A DNA stretch of 61,833 bases, filler included, from Nemertoderma westbladi (Eukaryota > Animalia > Xenacoelomorpha), in assembly GCA_032718475.1 (NCBI GenBank). It is 3 parts of 3 records of this genome, joined end to end, with 100 filler letters (N's around TTAATTAATTAA, not from the genome) between each part and the next. Parts side by side here need not be neighbours in the genome. Positions count along the whole stretch, not along the records: positions 18,515 to 34,845 come from JAUCBJ010003143.1; positions 34,946 to 61,833 come from JAUCBJ010003829.1; 1 more part is not named here. One strand, given 5' to 3'. This document shows, in pieces, positions 22,901 to 35,578 of this stretch (position 1 is its first letter; each line of letters starts with the position of its first letter). The notes under the pieces are model-generated. The model ran no database searches. It had not been told where the DNA came from and saw nothing but the letters and a program-made list of their open reading frames with translations. Made by a program: the position numbers and the translations under genes.

Positions 22901-24945
22901 CACTGGAAAATAAGGTAAGTGAGAAACCCGTTTCTAGGAGAAAGGTAATACCAGTATGTTATGCAGACGACGGCGAAAGCCAGGCTTCTCAAGAGGAAGA
23001 CAGCGGGAAAGACACTGAAAGATCTTACTATGACAACAAAGCGACTAAGGACGTAAGTAAATTCAAGTCTCGAACCAATTACAGGAGAGAACAGGTAAGA
23101 AAAACTCCTCCTACGTCTCCTAAGAGAATTCATGTAAGAAAGCCCGAGGAAAGAACGAGTGTGCACAATGTTACCCAAAGTAAGGTAAGTAACATCAAAC
23201 CAAAATGTGTGCTGTGTGACGGGCCCCACCGTTTAAATGCGTGCGATGAATTCCTGAGGAAATCACTAAAGGACAGACGTGAGGTCATGTGGGATAAGCG
23301 GTTGTGTTATAATTGCCTCAGACGAGGACACCAACGGCGAACCTGTTATTCCGACGCAAGGTGTGCAAAGTGCGGCGTAAAACATCATATCTTGTTGCAC
23401 ACTGAATTCGATCGAAACAGCCCGAGTCAGGTAAGTGAGTCCGAACTACATGTCCAATTCAGTGATGTGAACGACACTGACCAAAGTTCTGAGATGGAAG
23501 GATTCTATACGGACGAATTCTCCGACGAAAACGAATCCTGTTACCTGATAAATACTGCAGTGTATCGAGCACTTACGTATGAAAAGGACACCGACAGTGA
23601 GCTCCCCCTAACTACTTCTGACCGACAACCATCTTGGAAAGCACCAACTTCCAATGTAGGAATCCGAGAATTTCCTGTAGTACAGTTGAGGGTCCACGGA
23701 CCTAAAAGGAGTTATATAGTGAATGCCCTCCATGACTCCGGTAGCACAGGAACATTTATCGACAAAGAACTAGCCGAAGACATCTTTGCTGGACAACCCA
23801 AGTTCCGAACTAAGTTAAACATGTCAGGAATTATGCAGGTTTGGAAATCTACAGTAATAACGGATTATTATGTAGGTGCGTTGTCCACCCCCCAGGATGA
23901 ACTAGGAGAACACAGCATAAGGTCAGTAAAAATGGTGGCGATAAAGAACTTCGCTACCAGCCAAGTAGAACCGTATAACTGGGATGAGGACGATTCCACC
24001 CAGCAGCTTAATATACCTAGATTCAACACAGATTACCCTGGAGTGCAAATACTCATCGGTCAAAATGCGCATGAGGCGCTGGAGACATTGGAGAAACGGC
24101 CTGCTCAACCGCAACCACTACAAGCCTATGCGGGAAGAACTAGAGTGGGTTGGTACTTTACTGGCCCTTCCCGTAGAACTCTCATGGAAAGATTACCAAA
24201 AGATCAGGTATATCAAGTAAGTGAATGGGAAGCGGAGAGCAGTGAGGTAGACGACCCAACTGAGAGAACACCATACTCCTCAGATAATGATGATATTAAC
24301 TCCAATGTAGATCAATGGAGACATTGCCCCGAGACGATTAATCTAGCCGACATCGCCTCCAGAGGAGCAACTTCTCAAGAACTGACAGATACTCCAGACT
24401 GGTTAGGTGGACCCGACTTCCTAAGTAAAGAAGATGAATGGTCTCCCCATCTTACCACGGCTGAGATTAGACAAGCCAAGGGAGCGGAGAAAGTCAAACC
24501 TAAAACCCGGACGAGTAAATCAAGGTTATTTAAACCCGTGATAGATCTGTCTGTATTACACATTGCCAGGGAAGACGCTGTGGATCTAAACTCCCCCACC
24601 GCGAACCGATCTGTTGTGGAGATCAGAGAGAGAGACTGGAGATCTGGAACACCAGACGTCTCGCCGGGACTCTCACCTCTCCTGCCGGGAGCGATGGACC
24701 ACTATAGATCCTGGAATCGGCTTTGTAAGGCCGTCGTGTATTTGAAGCGATGTTTCTATCGTCACTATTCCAGGACGAAGAGGAAACCTGGAATTGTCTT
24801 CGAGACACAGCAGCTCAATCGCCCAGTTGGTCGTTTATGTTTACTGGAACGAGACCGAGAACTGTCCGGAAACTATGGAAGGCAAGATACTCTTCCCACG
24901 ACCACCTCCCTAATCCAACAAACATCTAGGGACTCCCCAGCTTAG
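19930..24945 (+). mobile_element. BEL/Pao LTR retrotransposon gag-protease reading frame lacking RT and integrase; one in-frame stop at 20611-20613
   Basis: DUF1759-type capsid region (KFNGDEMKWLPF...LSNREKLRFL). Three Zn knuckles (CVLCDGPHRLNAC, CYNCLRRGHQRRTC, CAKCGVKHHILLH). Protease ALHDSGSTGTFI. Pao RNase H tail QWRHCPETINLADIASRG...WLGGPDFL. No YVDD and no integrase core. Confidence 0.9.
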
Positions 24946-26089
24946 TAGCGTATGGAGTGGGTGTGTGACCATATTATTTTATATTCTTATTATTTTATAT
25001 TTATGTATGTATTATTATGTAATTTTATTATAATCGTTTTCTTTAATTTTATTTAGTAGGATGTTATTTTAGCGATTATTTAGTAGATTAGTGCAATATA
25101 TTAGTGTTTATTACTTAATTACTTATATATTATATATTTAGTGCGACGGCGAGAAATAATTCTTTTTCTCCTTCCTTACTGTCCGTATTACATTACAAAT
25201 ACGTAACTACAGTAAGATGAAATGTCCGTACTTATTAAAGTACAATAAAGCTCCTACTATATTCAAGTATTATTGGTAAGTAGAGTATTAGGAATGCAAA
25301 ATTCAGATCCTCGTGTCTCGGCTAAACCAAGCTCTGGGTAGACCTTGGAAACGACTTGCCTCTTCTCACTGACATTGCTTCGTGCGATATTGCTCTCATA
25401 CCGTATATTAAATAATACATATAGTAGCGTGATGTCTCTTTAACAGTAGCGTATAACGCAAAATAAATCTGTTAAACCCTTTGACCATCTGCAATTCTAG
25501 TCGATTAAGATATCGCGGCACCCACCGATATACTTGAAAGACAAAATTCTAGAATCAGTGGTTAACGTCCCCAGACAAGTTCTGGAATAAACTGGTGCCC
25601 ATCCTAAATGTTAATTATTAATATTTATAAAATCTGTCAAATTTCAGATCCTTTAAAATTCTAGTCGATTAAGATATCGTAGCACTTACCGATATTCTTA
25701 AAAAGACCAATTTCCTAGAATCAAGGATCCTAGTCCCCAGACATGTTCTGGAATAAAATTGTGTCTATTTAATATTAAATAATAAAATTTACGGGAATAA
25801 ATTTAAATTCATGTTTTAATGAATTTGATAAATTGTTATTTTTATACAATTTATAACATTCCCAAAATTCCATTAATTAATAGATCATGGGAGCGGAGAT
25901 TCACCCTATTAAGTGTATTAGTGTGCGAGAATCTCCAATATATAGTCAATAGCTGATAAAATTCATAAAATCATGTATAAAGAGGAATATTGACAATTAA
26001 AAAATTACTATTAAATAGCGAGTCGCAATTGTGAAAGTAGCCCTAACTCTCCAGTAAGAACCTGAAGTAAATCTAAAATTTTCATTACT

Positions 26090-28753
26090 ACATGTATGGA
26101 ATGTTTTCCCAATCAATTATACATACATGTTTATGACTGACGGTATAATTCGTCGCTCGACGATAGATCATTTTTTGGTTAGCTTTAACATTATGAATGC
26201 GTGCGTAGAGGCAGATGTTATACATCATGGTGCTAATCTGTCATGTCATAGCCCAGTTTATTTTAAATTTCATGTTGATGATTTAAATTTAAATGCGGTA
26301 CCGGATGTTACGCCACTGAAATGCTGTTATGATAAGGCGAGTCCGGATCAGAAGCTTAATTTCCAGAGTGAGTTATCTGATCGCCTTAGCAATATTGAGT
26401 TAGATTCACAGTGCTTAAATTGTAATAATATATTATGCTCCGTGCCGGAACATCGCCTTTTCATTGAAAAATATACATTAACAATTTTAGAGGCTATTAA
26501 CGATGCTGCACAAAGTTTACCGCACACAGGTGGCGGGAGTAGTTCCTCTTCGAAACGTTCTCCACCAGTTCCTGGATGGAACGAACAGGTTAAACAATTC
26601 AGGATAGACGCGATGTTCTGGCACGATGTTTGGAAAGCTGCTGGTAGTCCCACCGGCAGTAGTAGTTATCTTTTTCACATGCGACGTACGAGCCGCGCAC
26701 AGTATCAGTACGCAGTTCGTAGGCTTAAAAGGTCACAGGACTCGATTAAGCGGGATAAACTGTTACACGCTTGTTTGAGTGGTAATATTAATATTTTTAA
26801 TGAAATTAAACAATTTAGAGGTAACCAGCGTTTCCAATCAAATTCTATTAATGGTGTAACTAATCCTACTGAAATTTCAAATATTTTTGCAAATATTTAT
26901 TCGACTTTATATAATCAACATTATATTGTGGATATTTCTATTGGTGATATCGAAAATAAATTACTAGACACATTGCGCAATCTGAATGATAATAATGATT
27001 TTAGCACTAATTATAGCAACTGTGCAGGTTTACGTGAAATGTTATCACCTCGTATTTTACACGAAGCCTTGTTAAGATTAAAAAATAACAAGTCCGATGT
27101 GAGTTACAGTTTTGATTCAGGCGCTTTAATTCACGGTGGTATTTTACTTGAGCAACATTTGTCAACTTTATTTAATGCTTTTCTATCACACGGTATTGTT
27201 TCTAAATGTCTACTGTACATTTCCTTTATTCCGATTGTAAAAAGTAAATTGGGTGACCTATCGGCAGACAGTAATTATAGAGCGATAGCTATATCGTCGC
27301 TAATCTTAAAGGTGTTTGAATGGGTAATGATAATTAGTGAAGGTGATAAGTTGAAGTTTGATGATTTACAATTCGGTTTTCGTACTAATTCTAGTACGGT
27401 CATGTGCACATGGTCTGCGTCTGAAGTAATTAATTATTATCTGAAGCACTCAACTCCTGTTTATGGCTGCCTTTTAGATTTTACTAAAGCTTTTGACCTT
27501 ATCGAATGGCCTAAACTATTTCTAGAATTACTGAAAAAAGGTTTTTCTGTTCTCTATTTAAGGTGTCTTATTTTTATTTACCGTAATCAGTTATGTGCAG
27601 TGAAATGGTTAGGGTGTCTCTCATCACAATTTTTGATTTCAAACGGCGTCCGACAAGGGTCTGTTTGCTCGCCAATACTCTTCTGTATTGTTTTGAATAT
27701 ACTTATTAAATCCTTACGTAATTGTAAAGTAGGATGTTATATTGGTAGCCAGTATTTTGGGGTTCTAGCCTACGCTGATGATGTGCTTTTGCTTTGCCCT
27801 TCTGTGATAGGTTTACAATATATGATAGACATTTGTAAAAAATTTTGTAGTGCATTTAATTTACGTCTGAGTACCAATGCTGATGTAGCTAAATGTAAGT
27901 GCAAATGCATCCCTTTTGGTTTTTCATGGAATCCCCCACAGCGGAAACTTTTTATTAATAATATTTTGCTGCCTTGGGTAAAAGATGCAATTCATCTAGG
28001 AATTACTCTAGATTTCAAGTGCACTCTAAATGTCGATATTCTACGTAAAAGAGGTCAGTTTGTTGGAAAGCTGAATAATATCAGACAAGAATTCGGTTTT
28101 GCACATCCAAGTAATGTTACGAAATTACAGAAATTATATGCTATGTCGTTCTACGGTAGCTGTACTTGGAACCTTTGGTCAGACGAATGTCGTCGAATTT
28201 TAACTAGTTGGAATACGAATGTACGAATTTTATGTCGCCTTCCTTTTAACGCGCACAGATTTATTGTTCAGGATGTTGTGGGTTTTTTGCACCCTTGGGT
28301 GATACTCTGTAAAAATTTTGTATCTTTTTGTAACTCAATTTGTAAATCAGATAGGCTTTGCGTCAGATTTCTTGCGAATTTATTTACTACTGATTGTCGA
28401 AGTATTAGCGGTAATAATCTTAGATGTATTGCGAATGATTGTAGGGTAGTAGATATTAAGGAATTGACACCATCTGTAGTAGTGAATAAATTAAAGTATG
28501 TTCATACACCTGCAGGAGAAAATTGGAAAATTGAAACCTGCAGGGATTTAATAGATTCGTTAGTTGGATATTCGGAAATACCTGGTTTTTCAAGTTCGGA
28601 AATTAAGGATTTATTAGACTTTATTTCTTCGTCGTAGTTGATTTCTCGTCTGTGTATGCATTATGTGTATCTATGTACGTACCACTGTATTAATTTGTGC
28701 TAAAGTGTACCATATAATTGTAACTATGTGTACGAATAAAAGAAATAATAATA
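26090..28753 (+). mobile_element. 5'-truncated LINE (APE end plus RT, probably RTE-X-like); ORF 26127-28637
   Basis: STIDHF...SCHSPV (end of APE), QFGFR, LLDFTKAFD, GVRQGSVCSPILF and LAYADD. The 3' end has AATAAA followed by (AAT)n. Clade assignment is tentative. Confidence 0.88.
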
Positions 28754-28953
28754 AGCCTTTGGGACGGACGGTGGAGTGACTCGCGCTGGTTGTTGTGGTC
28801 GTTGTGCAGCTACGACGTTGGCGATAGGCACATCGGCGAAAGTACACCAGCGCTGAGGATCTTGCGCTGTCCGGGGGCCGAGAGGGGTAGGCAGCGACGC
28901 TCGCTAGCCTAAATATAAACTCATTATAATATTGATAAACTCATTTAGCAGCT

Positions 28954-29577
28954 ATGACTCAGTTGATAGAAGATGATCTTGGTATCAGGGAGAAATATAC
29001 TCTACCGTTGCAAGCGTTTGTTGACAGCTTGATACGCAGCGACGCTAGTCCAACTACTACGGAGGACGATGGTCGTTATATCGAACCGCCGATGTCCCAG
29101 GAGCAACTTACGCGTGAATTGGACTATCGAAAATTCACCGCTCGCTATACGCATCGTAATGGTACGTATATGGACTTCTTAACTACCGGCCATCCTATCG
29201 ATTTACACGATACGGACGATGTAGACACCGAAAGGGAAATGGTTTTATTTAAATATCCTACCCAGCGGAGGCGGAACGATAAACCGAGAATGGAACACGA
29301 GAATTCTATTCGAAACAGACTCGAAAGAGAAGACGTTGAAGAGCCGGATAAACGCAGCGACTTCAACGATTATCTGGAATTCCTGAGAGAAACATATCTC
29401 AATATTGCCAGTCAACAAAATCTAGAAACTCGATATCCTCAAGATATACATCATGATCCTATGATAGAACTCAAACGACTCTATTTCACTATGATGTATC
29501 TTACCGCCGATCGACCGCTACCTGTCATCCCAGACAGCTTCGAACAGATGGAGGAGGAATATTGTAAAACCGAATAA
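28954..29577 (+). CDS. Orphan ORF, 207 aa, acidic; probably retroelement cargo
   Basis: Open ATG-initiated frame with protein-like composition, upstream of a PPT-LTR junction. No recognised domain. Confidence 0.4.
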   Translation: MTQLIEDDLGIREKYTLPLQAFVDSLIRSDASPTTTEDDGRYIEPPMSQEQLTRELDYRKFTARYTHRNGTYMDFLTTGHPIDLHDTDDVDTEREMVLFKYPTQRRRNDKPRMEHENSIRNRLEREDVEEPDKRSDFNDYLEFLRETYLNIASQQNLETRYPQDIHHDPMIELKRLYFTMMYLTADRPLPVIPDSFEQMEEEYCKTE

Positions 29578-29630
29578 ATATCACCCGCGTTTCCCCTACA
29601 AGACGTGCGTCTTTGGTATTATTGCGATGA

Positions 29631-30026
29631 ATGCCCAAGACCCAACCAACAAACGAAAGACACATCCGTAGAGACGTTGCTTTAAACACGGTTACTCGCT
29701 ATATTTACGGGAGTTTCGAGCGAAACTTGTTCGATGTATCACCTACGCTCGCTCGATTCAAACGATCCTTAAATAAACCTATGATCAGAGTTCCGGAATA
29801 CTCGGTCAGACCTCCTCATTCCCTAGTTAGACCTCAGACTCTTGATCCTAATAGTATCACGGATCCTCCCGAACTGTACTCACTGTTCAAAGATCTAGTG
29901 TTACCCGAACAGTTAGTCGGTGGCACTCCGGTTGTGGGCTCCCTAAATATTCACCCATCTTACTTAGTCGGATTGGGACGCGGACAGCTAATATTGCCAT
30001 TCAACCGTATCATCGTTCCTGTTTAA
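29631..30026 (+). CDS. Orphan ORF, 131 aa; probably retroelement cargo
   Basis: Starts 54 bp after the previous ORF on the same strand. No recognised domain. Confidence 0.3.
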   Translation: MPKTQPTNERHIRRDVALNTVTRYIYGSFERNLFDVSPTLARFKRSLNKPMIRVPEYSVRPPHSLVRPQTLDPNSITDPPELYSLFKDLVLPEQLVGGTPVVGSLNIHPSYLVGLGRGQLILPFNRIIVPV

Positions 30027-30550
30027 CCCGATACAACCTGTCACCGAAGCGGAGGAAAGAGTTGTACGAAACGCGTTGGACACTATTCGTCAAAAGATCG
30101 GAAAATGAACCTACAATTGTTTAGAGAAACGTAAATTGCAGCAGCAAGTCCAAGCGGTAAACGAATTAATTTTATCTCAGTTCAATCAGGAAATTCAGAA
30201 TCTCTAAGAAGATATCGAACTTGGACGACCCTATTCTCTGCAAGAGTTTTGGACGAACGCATCCAACGATAAGCGGAGGAAAATCAGCTCGAGGAGAAGC
30301 ATATCGAAATGGACGAGACATCGACCGTAACCCTAAACCTTCTGATGCAATTGTATTGCACCCTTCACCCAGGAGTTACAGCCCTCCTAGTAAAGTGGCT
30401 CGCCCCAAAGAGAAAAGGACTCTTGCTAGCCTCAAAAAACTGCGTAAACGCCGTCCGCGCAAGAAAGACTAGCTGTTTAGAGTATTTTTATATTTTAGAA
30501 ACTGTGATTTTTTATATTTTATAGAATTAAATCCCATTTTCTGGGAGCGG

Positions 30551-31239
30551 TGTAAAAGCTTTTGCGGGATATAACTGGCCCTTTTCTCCGCAATGTACTG
30601 TGTAAAGTGTTTTTAGAGGACATAACTAGCGATTTATCCGCTGTGTCTGCATGTGTGCTTTAGCGGACATAAAAAGCCAGTTTTCCCACAATGCGCTCAA
30701 ATACTCTAAACTACCTAACTCAAATGACGCAATCTACCAACCGATTTGCTGTACGCCTATAGGCTCTTTGTTCTGTTCGATCAACCAATCAGAACAATGA
30801 TCCACCAATCAGAGCGATTTCGCCTTGTGTTGAATATGGGCTGCAAAAACCCGAATAGTTCGGCATTTAGACATTCGTGGAACCTACAGAATCTGGAACT
30901 CGGCCAATGAGAGCTGTTTCTCTTTGTGTTGAAAGATACCTACAACAGCCCAGAGGGATCAGTTGTGTTGGTTTTCCAGAGCCTAGAAGACCGGCTTTGG
31001 AATCTCTGTGTTTTCAGGCTTTAGCCCTACATTAGTAGGCTTAATTATAGAACGTATATCTGTTATCTTAACTTATCATACCAATTCATAACCATTCATA
31101 CCTTAACATTTGTACTGCTATTTACTGTCGGTTATTCATTATATCGGTTGATGGAATATTATTATATTTGGAATACCGATAAATAATTACAAAACCCTCA
31201 ATCTTCTTGATATACTGAAGGTAAGAGAGACCGGTTACA
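30551..31239 (+). mobile_element. Probable 3' LTR (689 bp)
   Basis: TGTAA...TTACA termini, preceded by the purine-rich GGGAGCGG (PPT-like). Several CCAAT boxes inside. Confidence 0.6.
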
Positions 31240-31552
31240 TACGTATAACGATTGCGACTTACATTAAAGTGGTTTTGAAGTGAATCTAATGCTATTTCAT
31301 AGGCACTATATGTATTGGTTGTTGTTCTCTTTATATGTGACTAAAATTAGTGAAGGTCGGCAGATCGGTGTGCAGCATTGTGCAGTATTGTGTATGATTG
31401 TGACTGATAACAAAGCATCTCCTAAAGAATGCGCTTTATACGTGAATCAATAGCCATCCCGTTGTGTCTAGTTTAAGTCATAACTCTGTTTACATATTTA
31501 GAGCGCCACTTCCTAAAGGAACTACAAATGACAAATGACAAATAATAATATT

Positions 31553-31787
31553 TGTCAGAGATTATATATATTACGATCAGTCGAATAATGCAGTAGGCCT
31601 ACATCGCAATAAGATTAAGCTTCCGAATCCAGTCTCCCGGGTATATCCAACGGGTGAATGGTCGCGCATAGACTGGCTTCGGCTAATGTAGTGTATCAAA
31701 TACTTGTCATAGGCTAAAGACGATTTATTATCTAGAAGACATCCAAATTTGGCAGGTTAAACTGCTAAAGGTCTAAAAGCGCGAACA
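31553..31787 (+). mobile_element. Probable solo LTR
   Basis: TGT...AACA ends. Flanks ATATT / ATAAT resemble a 5 bp TSD with one mismatch. Homologous to 18515-18691. Confidence 0.55.
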
Positions 31788-32109
31788 ATAATAGTAATTA
31801 ATAATAATAATAATTGTTAATTATTTATCGTCTTTAGTTTATGTTATGTAAACCCCCAATGTGGGGCGAGCCACTATTGGGTAACTTACCTCGTAGGTAA
31901 TTCTTTGTCGTCTTTAGTTGGATATGTTTTGGCAGACGGGTACGAAAAGTTTCGGTAGCCATGACGAGGTCTTTCCTCGTTTGTTACCTTGGTGACGATA
32001 GGACGTGTGTGTTTGAGTTTTCCCTCAAGATTTGAGACAGCGCAATTGCTGTCGTGTTTAACAGCTGAAATGTAAAGAGAAATCTTTTATAGGATTTGAT
32101 ATTAGGTTT

Positions 32110-32355
32110 TCGATATTTATAGTAACACTGTTTAGTTTGGCCTTATATAGCAAAAATATTGGAACTTTTTCTCTAGTATGCCAATACAAAATTTGGTTGA
32201 AAATGGTTAAAATCATCAAAAGTTATTTACGAATGAATTTTTCATTACGGACATACAGACAGACAGACAGACGAACTTGACATTTTTGCCTATTTACTAA
32301 TTATAATTGTGCGCTAAGGCTCGTCTTTACTGCGTGGCTCGCCTCACATCTGGTG
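32110..32355. mobile_element. Helentron-associated (DINE-1/HINE-like) non-autonomous element remnant
   Basis: CAAAATTTGGTTGAAA core, (CAGA)n microsatellite and terminal GTGGCTCGCC.CACA motif shared with other dispersed copies. Confidence 0.5.
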
Positions 32356-32379
32356 ATTAAGAACATTCGATTATGTCAT

Positions 32380-32565
32380 AATCATGCGACTAGTTCTAGG
32401 TCATGCAACGTATGTGAAGTTCATGCGACTAGGTAAAGATCATGCGACTGGTAAAGATTAGGCGACAAGGTCTAGATCGGGACTATGCCTATGTTAAGAT
32501 CACACATCTATGTCAAGATCAAGCAATTAGTTGAAGATCATGCGACTAGGTCAAGATCATGTAAT
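32380..32565. repeat. Degenerate ~20 bp tandem repeat
   Basis: Unit close to GATCATGCGACTAGGTCAA. Confidence 0.7.
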
Positions 32566-32629
32566 AATGGTCACAAAGATTGCTACATACATTGATTGGT
32601 ACATTCTTGTTAGATGCAACATGCACTGA

Positions 32630-33379
32630 TTAATCAAGATAAATCCTACCGTATAAGGCACGTCGTCTCCTTGCAGACTCAACCCGTCTGGCGGCAGACC
32701 TCATTGTGTCTCGGGCATAACGGTACCTGAGTTGTGACGGACTACTATAGGTGGGCTGAACTATCACGCCATCTCGCGTCTCTCTCCAGAATTGCTCGCA
32801 GTCCCAATGGCACGGTGTCTGAATTTCTCTGTCTATTCTACGCACATCCTTCTGGTTGGATTTTTGTAGATTTTTAATTTCATGAGAAGGGTTTAACTCA
32901 GTAGTTCTGGCAATATAATCTCTTTCAGATTCCGAATCAGAACTATTTGTAAACAATAAGTTATCTAATTTATTATCCTTACCATTGCCTGTTGGGTGTT
33001 TAACTAAGTCTCTGTGGGGTTCAATAAATGGTTCCGCCAGCGGTTCTCTGCGACGTACGGGTGCCGGAAATGGTTCCGCCTTTACTGGTCTGCTAATCCT
33101 ATGGCGATGTGGCGCCCTCCTATGTGGTTTCTCTATATTGTGCATCACTTGGTTCCTGTGTCGCCCGTTAGGGGGCGCCGTTTGTTGATCCTCTTCTGAA
33201 GAAGAATCACTCTCCTGGGCCCATTGCCAGCCCTCCTGTTCCCATGGGAACGGTATGTGCGTTGCCTCCAACTGGCGTCTGTATTTATTGTAATCTATTT
33301 TTTCATGGAAATGAACCGCGTAACTTCCCCACTGAGGGTTCCGATATTTCTTTCTATATTCGCTGCGTTTGTTAACCAT
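32630..33379 (-). CDS. CCSAP: Centriole, cilia and spindle-associated protein homolog, single coding exon
   Basis: N-terminus RSEYRKKYRNPQW..Y...F...IDY...RRQLEATHIPFPW resembles the conserved CCSAP N-terminus (KSEYMKRY.EPRW..Y..CY..LL.YR..RRLLEQAH.PWLW). ATG at 33379. Confidence 0.75.
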   Translation of the reverse strand: MVNKRSEYRKKYRNPQWGSYAVHFHEKIDYNKYRRQLEATHIPFPWEQEGWQWAQESDSSSEEDQQTAPPNGRHRNQVMHNIEKPHRRAPHRHRISRPVKAEPFPAPVRRREPLAEPFIEPHRDLVKHPTGNGKDNKLDNLLFTNSSDSESERDYIARTTELNPSHEIKNLQKSNQKDVRRIDREIQTPCHWDCEQFWRETRDGVIVQPTYSSPSQLRYRYARDTMRSAARRVESARRRRALYGRIYLD

Positions 33380-34845
33380 TTTACAAAGTATAAATTGAGA
33401 AAATTTACGATAAGCTAAAAATATTTCCAAAATGTGTTGTTCCAACTTGACAAATTTTACGACTACACAATAGGCATAGTAATAATGTTTATGTATATTC
33501 AATAATATATTGCAATAATATATTCTGCAAAGAACTAACAGGTAGAACCCTATGGAATATTAATTACGACTGAACTGTTGACATTATTCCAAAATCATCA
33601 ACCCATCTCAATCAGATAATAATTAATAATAATGCTGTGAATAATTTAGGTTGGGTTTAATTGGAATTCCTTTTACAGCCTTATGGATAGATGTTCAAAC
33701 AATTGTACACAAACTTATTATTTAATCACTGCCAGTATTAAATATGTGGATAAACGTAATAAATATGACTGATTTTCCGTGTAGCCAATAACTCCATGTA
33801 TCTATCTATTTATCTATCACATTTCACACAGTTTCAACTGGTTGAACTACCCAAACCGCCTGCTGCTGTTTAAAGTATTATTTATCAGGGAAGCACATTG
33901 GTTGCCCATGGCTACCACCGTAATCAAACATATTGTGGGGGTGTGGTGCGAGCCACGTAGTAGAGTAAGCCGTAGTGGACTGGGAGTGAGTGGGTTGGGT
34001 AAATAATTTAAAATAGTTTTTGTTTTCGTCGTTGTGGTTTTGTCGTCGTTACGTTTATGTCATGCCATTAACTTCGCCAGATTTTAAGGTGTCGAGTTGA
34101 AAATTTACATTAACCAATAGGAAGAGCTGGAAAGATTTTTTTAATTGAAACTTGCAGATATTTGCTACTGTAGGCCTAGAACATAAATATGGATATCTGT
34201 ACATGAACGATCGCTTATATATTGCGTGGTGTTAATAGACACAAAAATAGATCGACAAATATTATTTGTTATATTATAAAATAAGCAAGGCGTTCGAAAT
34301 ATTATGAATAATATTACAATAAATCTATAAATTGTAAATTGAATTACCTTTAAAGTAACTAAGGCCAACGATGAGTTTGTAAAATTGAATATAACAATAT
34401 GTCTATAATATATATATTACAGACATACTGTAATATTATATATCTCAAGACTTTTGGCAAATCAAAAATAATATAGTCCTATTTTAGAAAGTAATTTACA
34501 GTTAGACTACCGGTATATGTATCGGTTGTTCTACGATATTCCCCCCCCCCCCCCCCCCCCCCCCCCCCACCCCCATCAAGCTAAACTCCATTGGACATGT
34601 TATTTAATAGAATAAGATAATATTAATATAAAAAACATTGAACCAACCTGGAACGAATCCACAATATTGTTTACATTAATTTAGAATTAGTGGCTATTTA
34701 AACTAGGATCAATTTACCAATAATCCAAATCTGTGGGAATCATTCCGCAAGAGAAAAACTGCGTCTTGGATGATGAGAGGATGTTTTGGTTGATGCTGGT
34801 AAATTTGAATAGTGGCGGAGCCATTACAGATTTAAAACTTTTTGA

Positions 34846-34945
34846 NNNNNNNNNNNNNNNNNNNNNNNNNNNNNNNNNNNNNNNNNNNNTTAATTAATTA
34901 ANNNNNNNNNNNNNNNNNNNNNNNNNNNNNNNNNNNNNNNNNNNN
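34846..34945. other. Artificial contig-joining linker
   Basis: Same N-TTAATTAATTAA-N structure as 18415-18514. Confidence 0.97.
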
Positions 34946-35578
34946 ATGCGGCCGCCCATGGTGGGCGGCTCGGTGGGCGGGGGCGGCTACCGCCCGAGGG
35001 GCGCCGCCCCAATGCGCCCCCCCGTCGGGATGCCGCCCGCCGCGATGCAGCGGGGCGGCGTTGGCGCGCCCCTTCAGCCGCCGCAGATGATGCAGCGGAT
35101 GCCGATGGGCGCGGCGATGAACCAGCGGATGATGTCCGGCGGAATGCCGGTATCACAGCAACCGCAACGCGCCGCCACCTATAAGTACACCTCCACGGTG
35201 CGCAACCCGCCCTCCGGCGCCGCGCCGGCTGGCGCGCCCATCGCGCAGCAGTACATGCAGCAACCGGGTGGCGGGTTCGCCCAACAGCCGGTGTCCGGGC
35301 ACCAGGGCGTCCAGGTGCCCGGCCAGGATCCGTTGACCACGGCGGTTCTCGCGGCCGCTTCGCCCCCGGAGCAGAAACAGATGTTGGGCGAGCGGCTGTA
35401 CCCGCTGATCTACACGATGAATCAGGATCTCGCGGGTAAGATCACCGGGATGCTGTTGGAGATCGACAACGCCGAGTTGTTACACATGTTGGAGAGTCAG
35501 GAGTCACTGAAGGCCAAGGTTGATGAGGCGGTTACGGTGCTGCGAGCGCATCAGGCCAAGGAGAATATAGCCGCGTAA
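34946..35578 (+). CDS. PABPC1: Cytoplasmic poly(A)-binding protein, 3' part (Pro/Gln/Met linker plus MLLE domain); 5' end lost at the contig break
   Basis: [10 protein letters not shown] and [21 protein letters not shown]...[34 protein letters not shown]. Confidence 0.95.
   Translation: MRPPMVGGSVGGGGYRPRGAAPMRPPVGMPPAAMQRGGVGAPLQPPQMMQRMPMGAAMNQRMMSGGMPVSQQPQRAATYKYTSTVRNPPSGAAPAGAPIAQQYMQQPGGGFAQQPVSGHQGVQVPGQDPLTTAVLAAASPPEQKQMLGERLYPLIYTMNQDLAGKITGMLLEIDNAELLHMLESQESLKAKVDEAVTVLRAHQAKENIAA

Noticed and set aside
33380-33502. N-terminal extension of the CCSAP ORF (similarly 38765-38860 for GUK1)
   Set aside because: Begins at a non-ATG codon in AT-rich sequence; homology starts at the downstream ATG.
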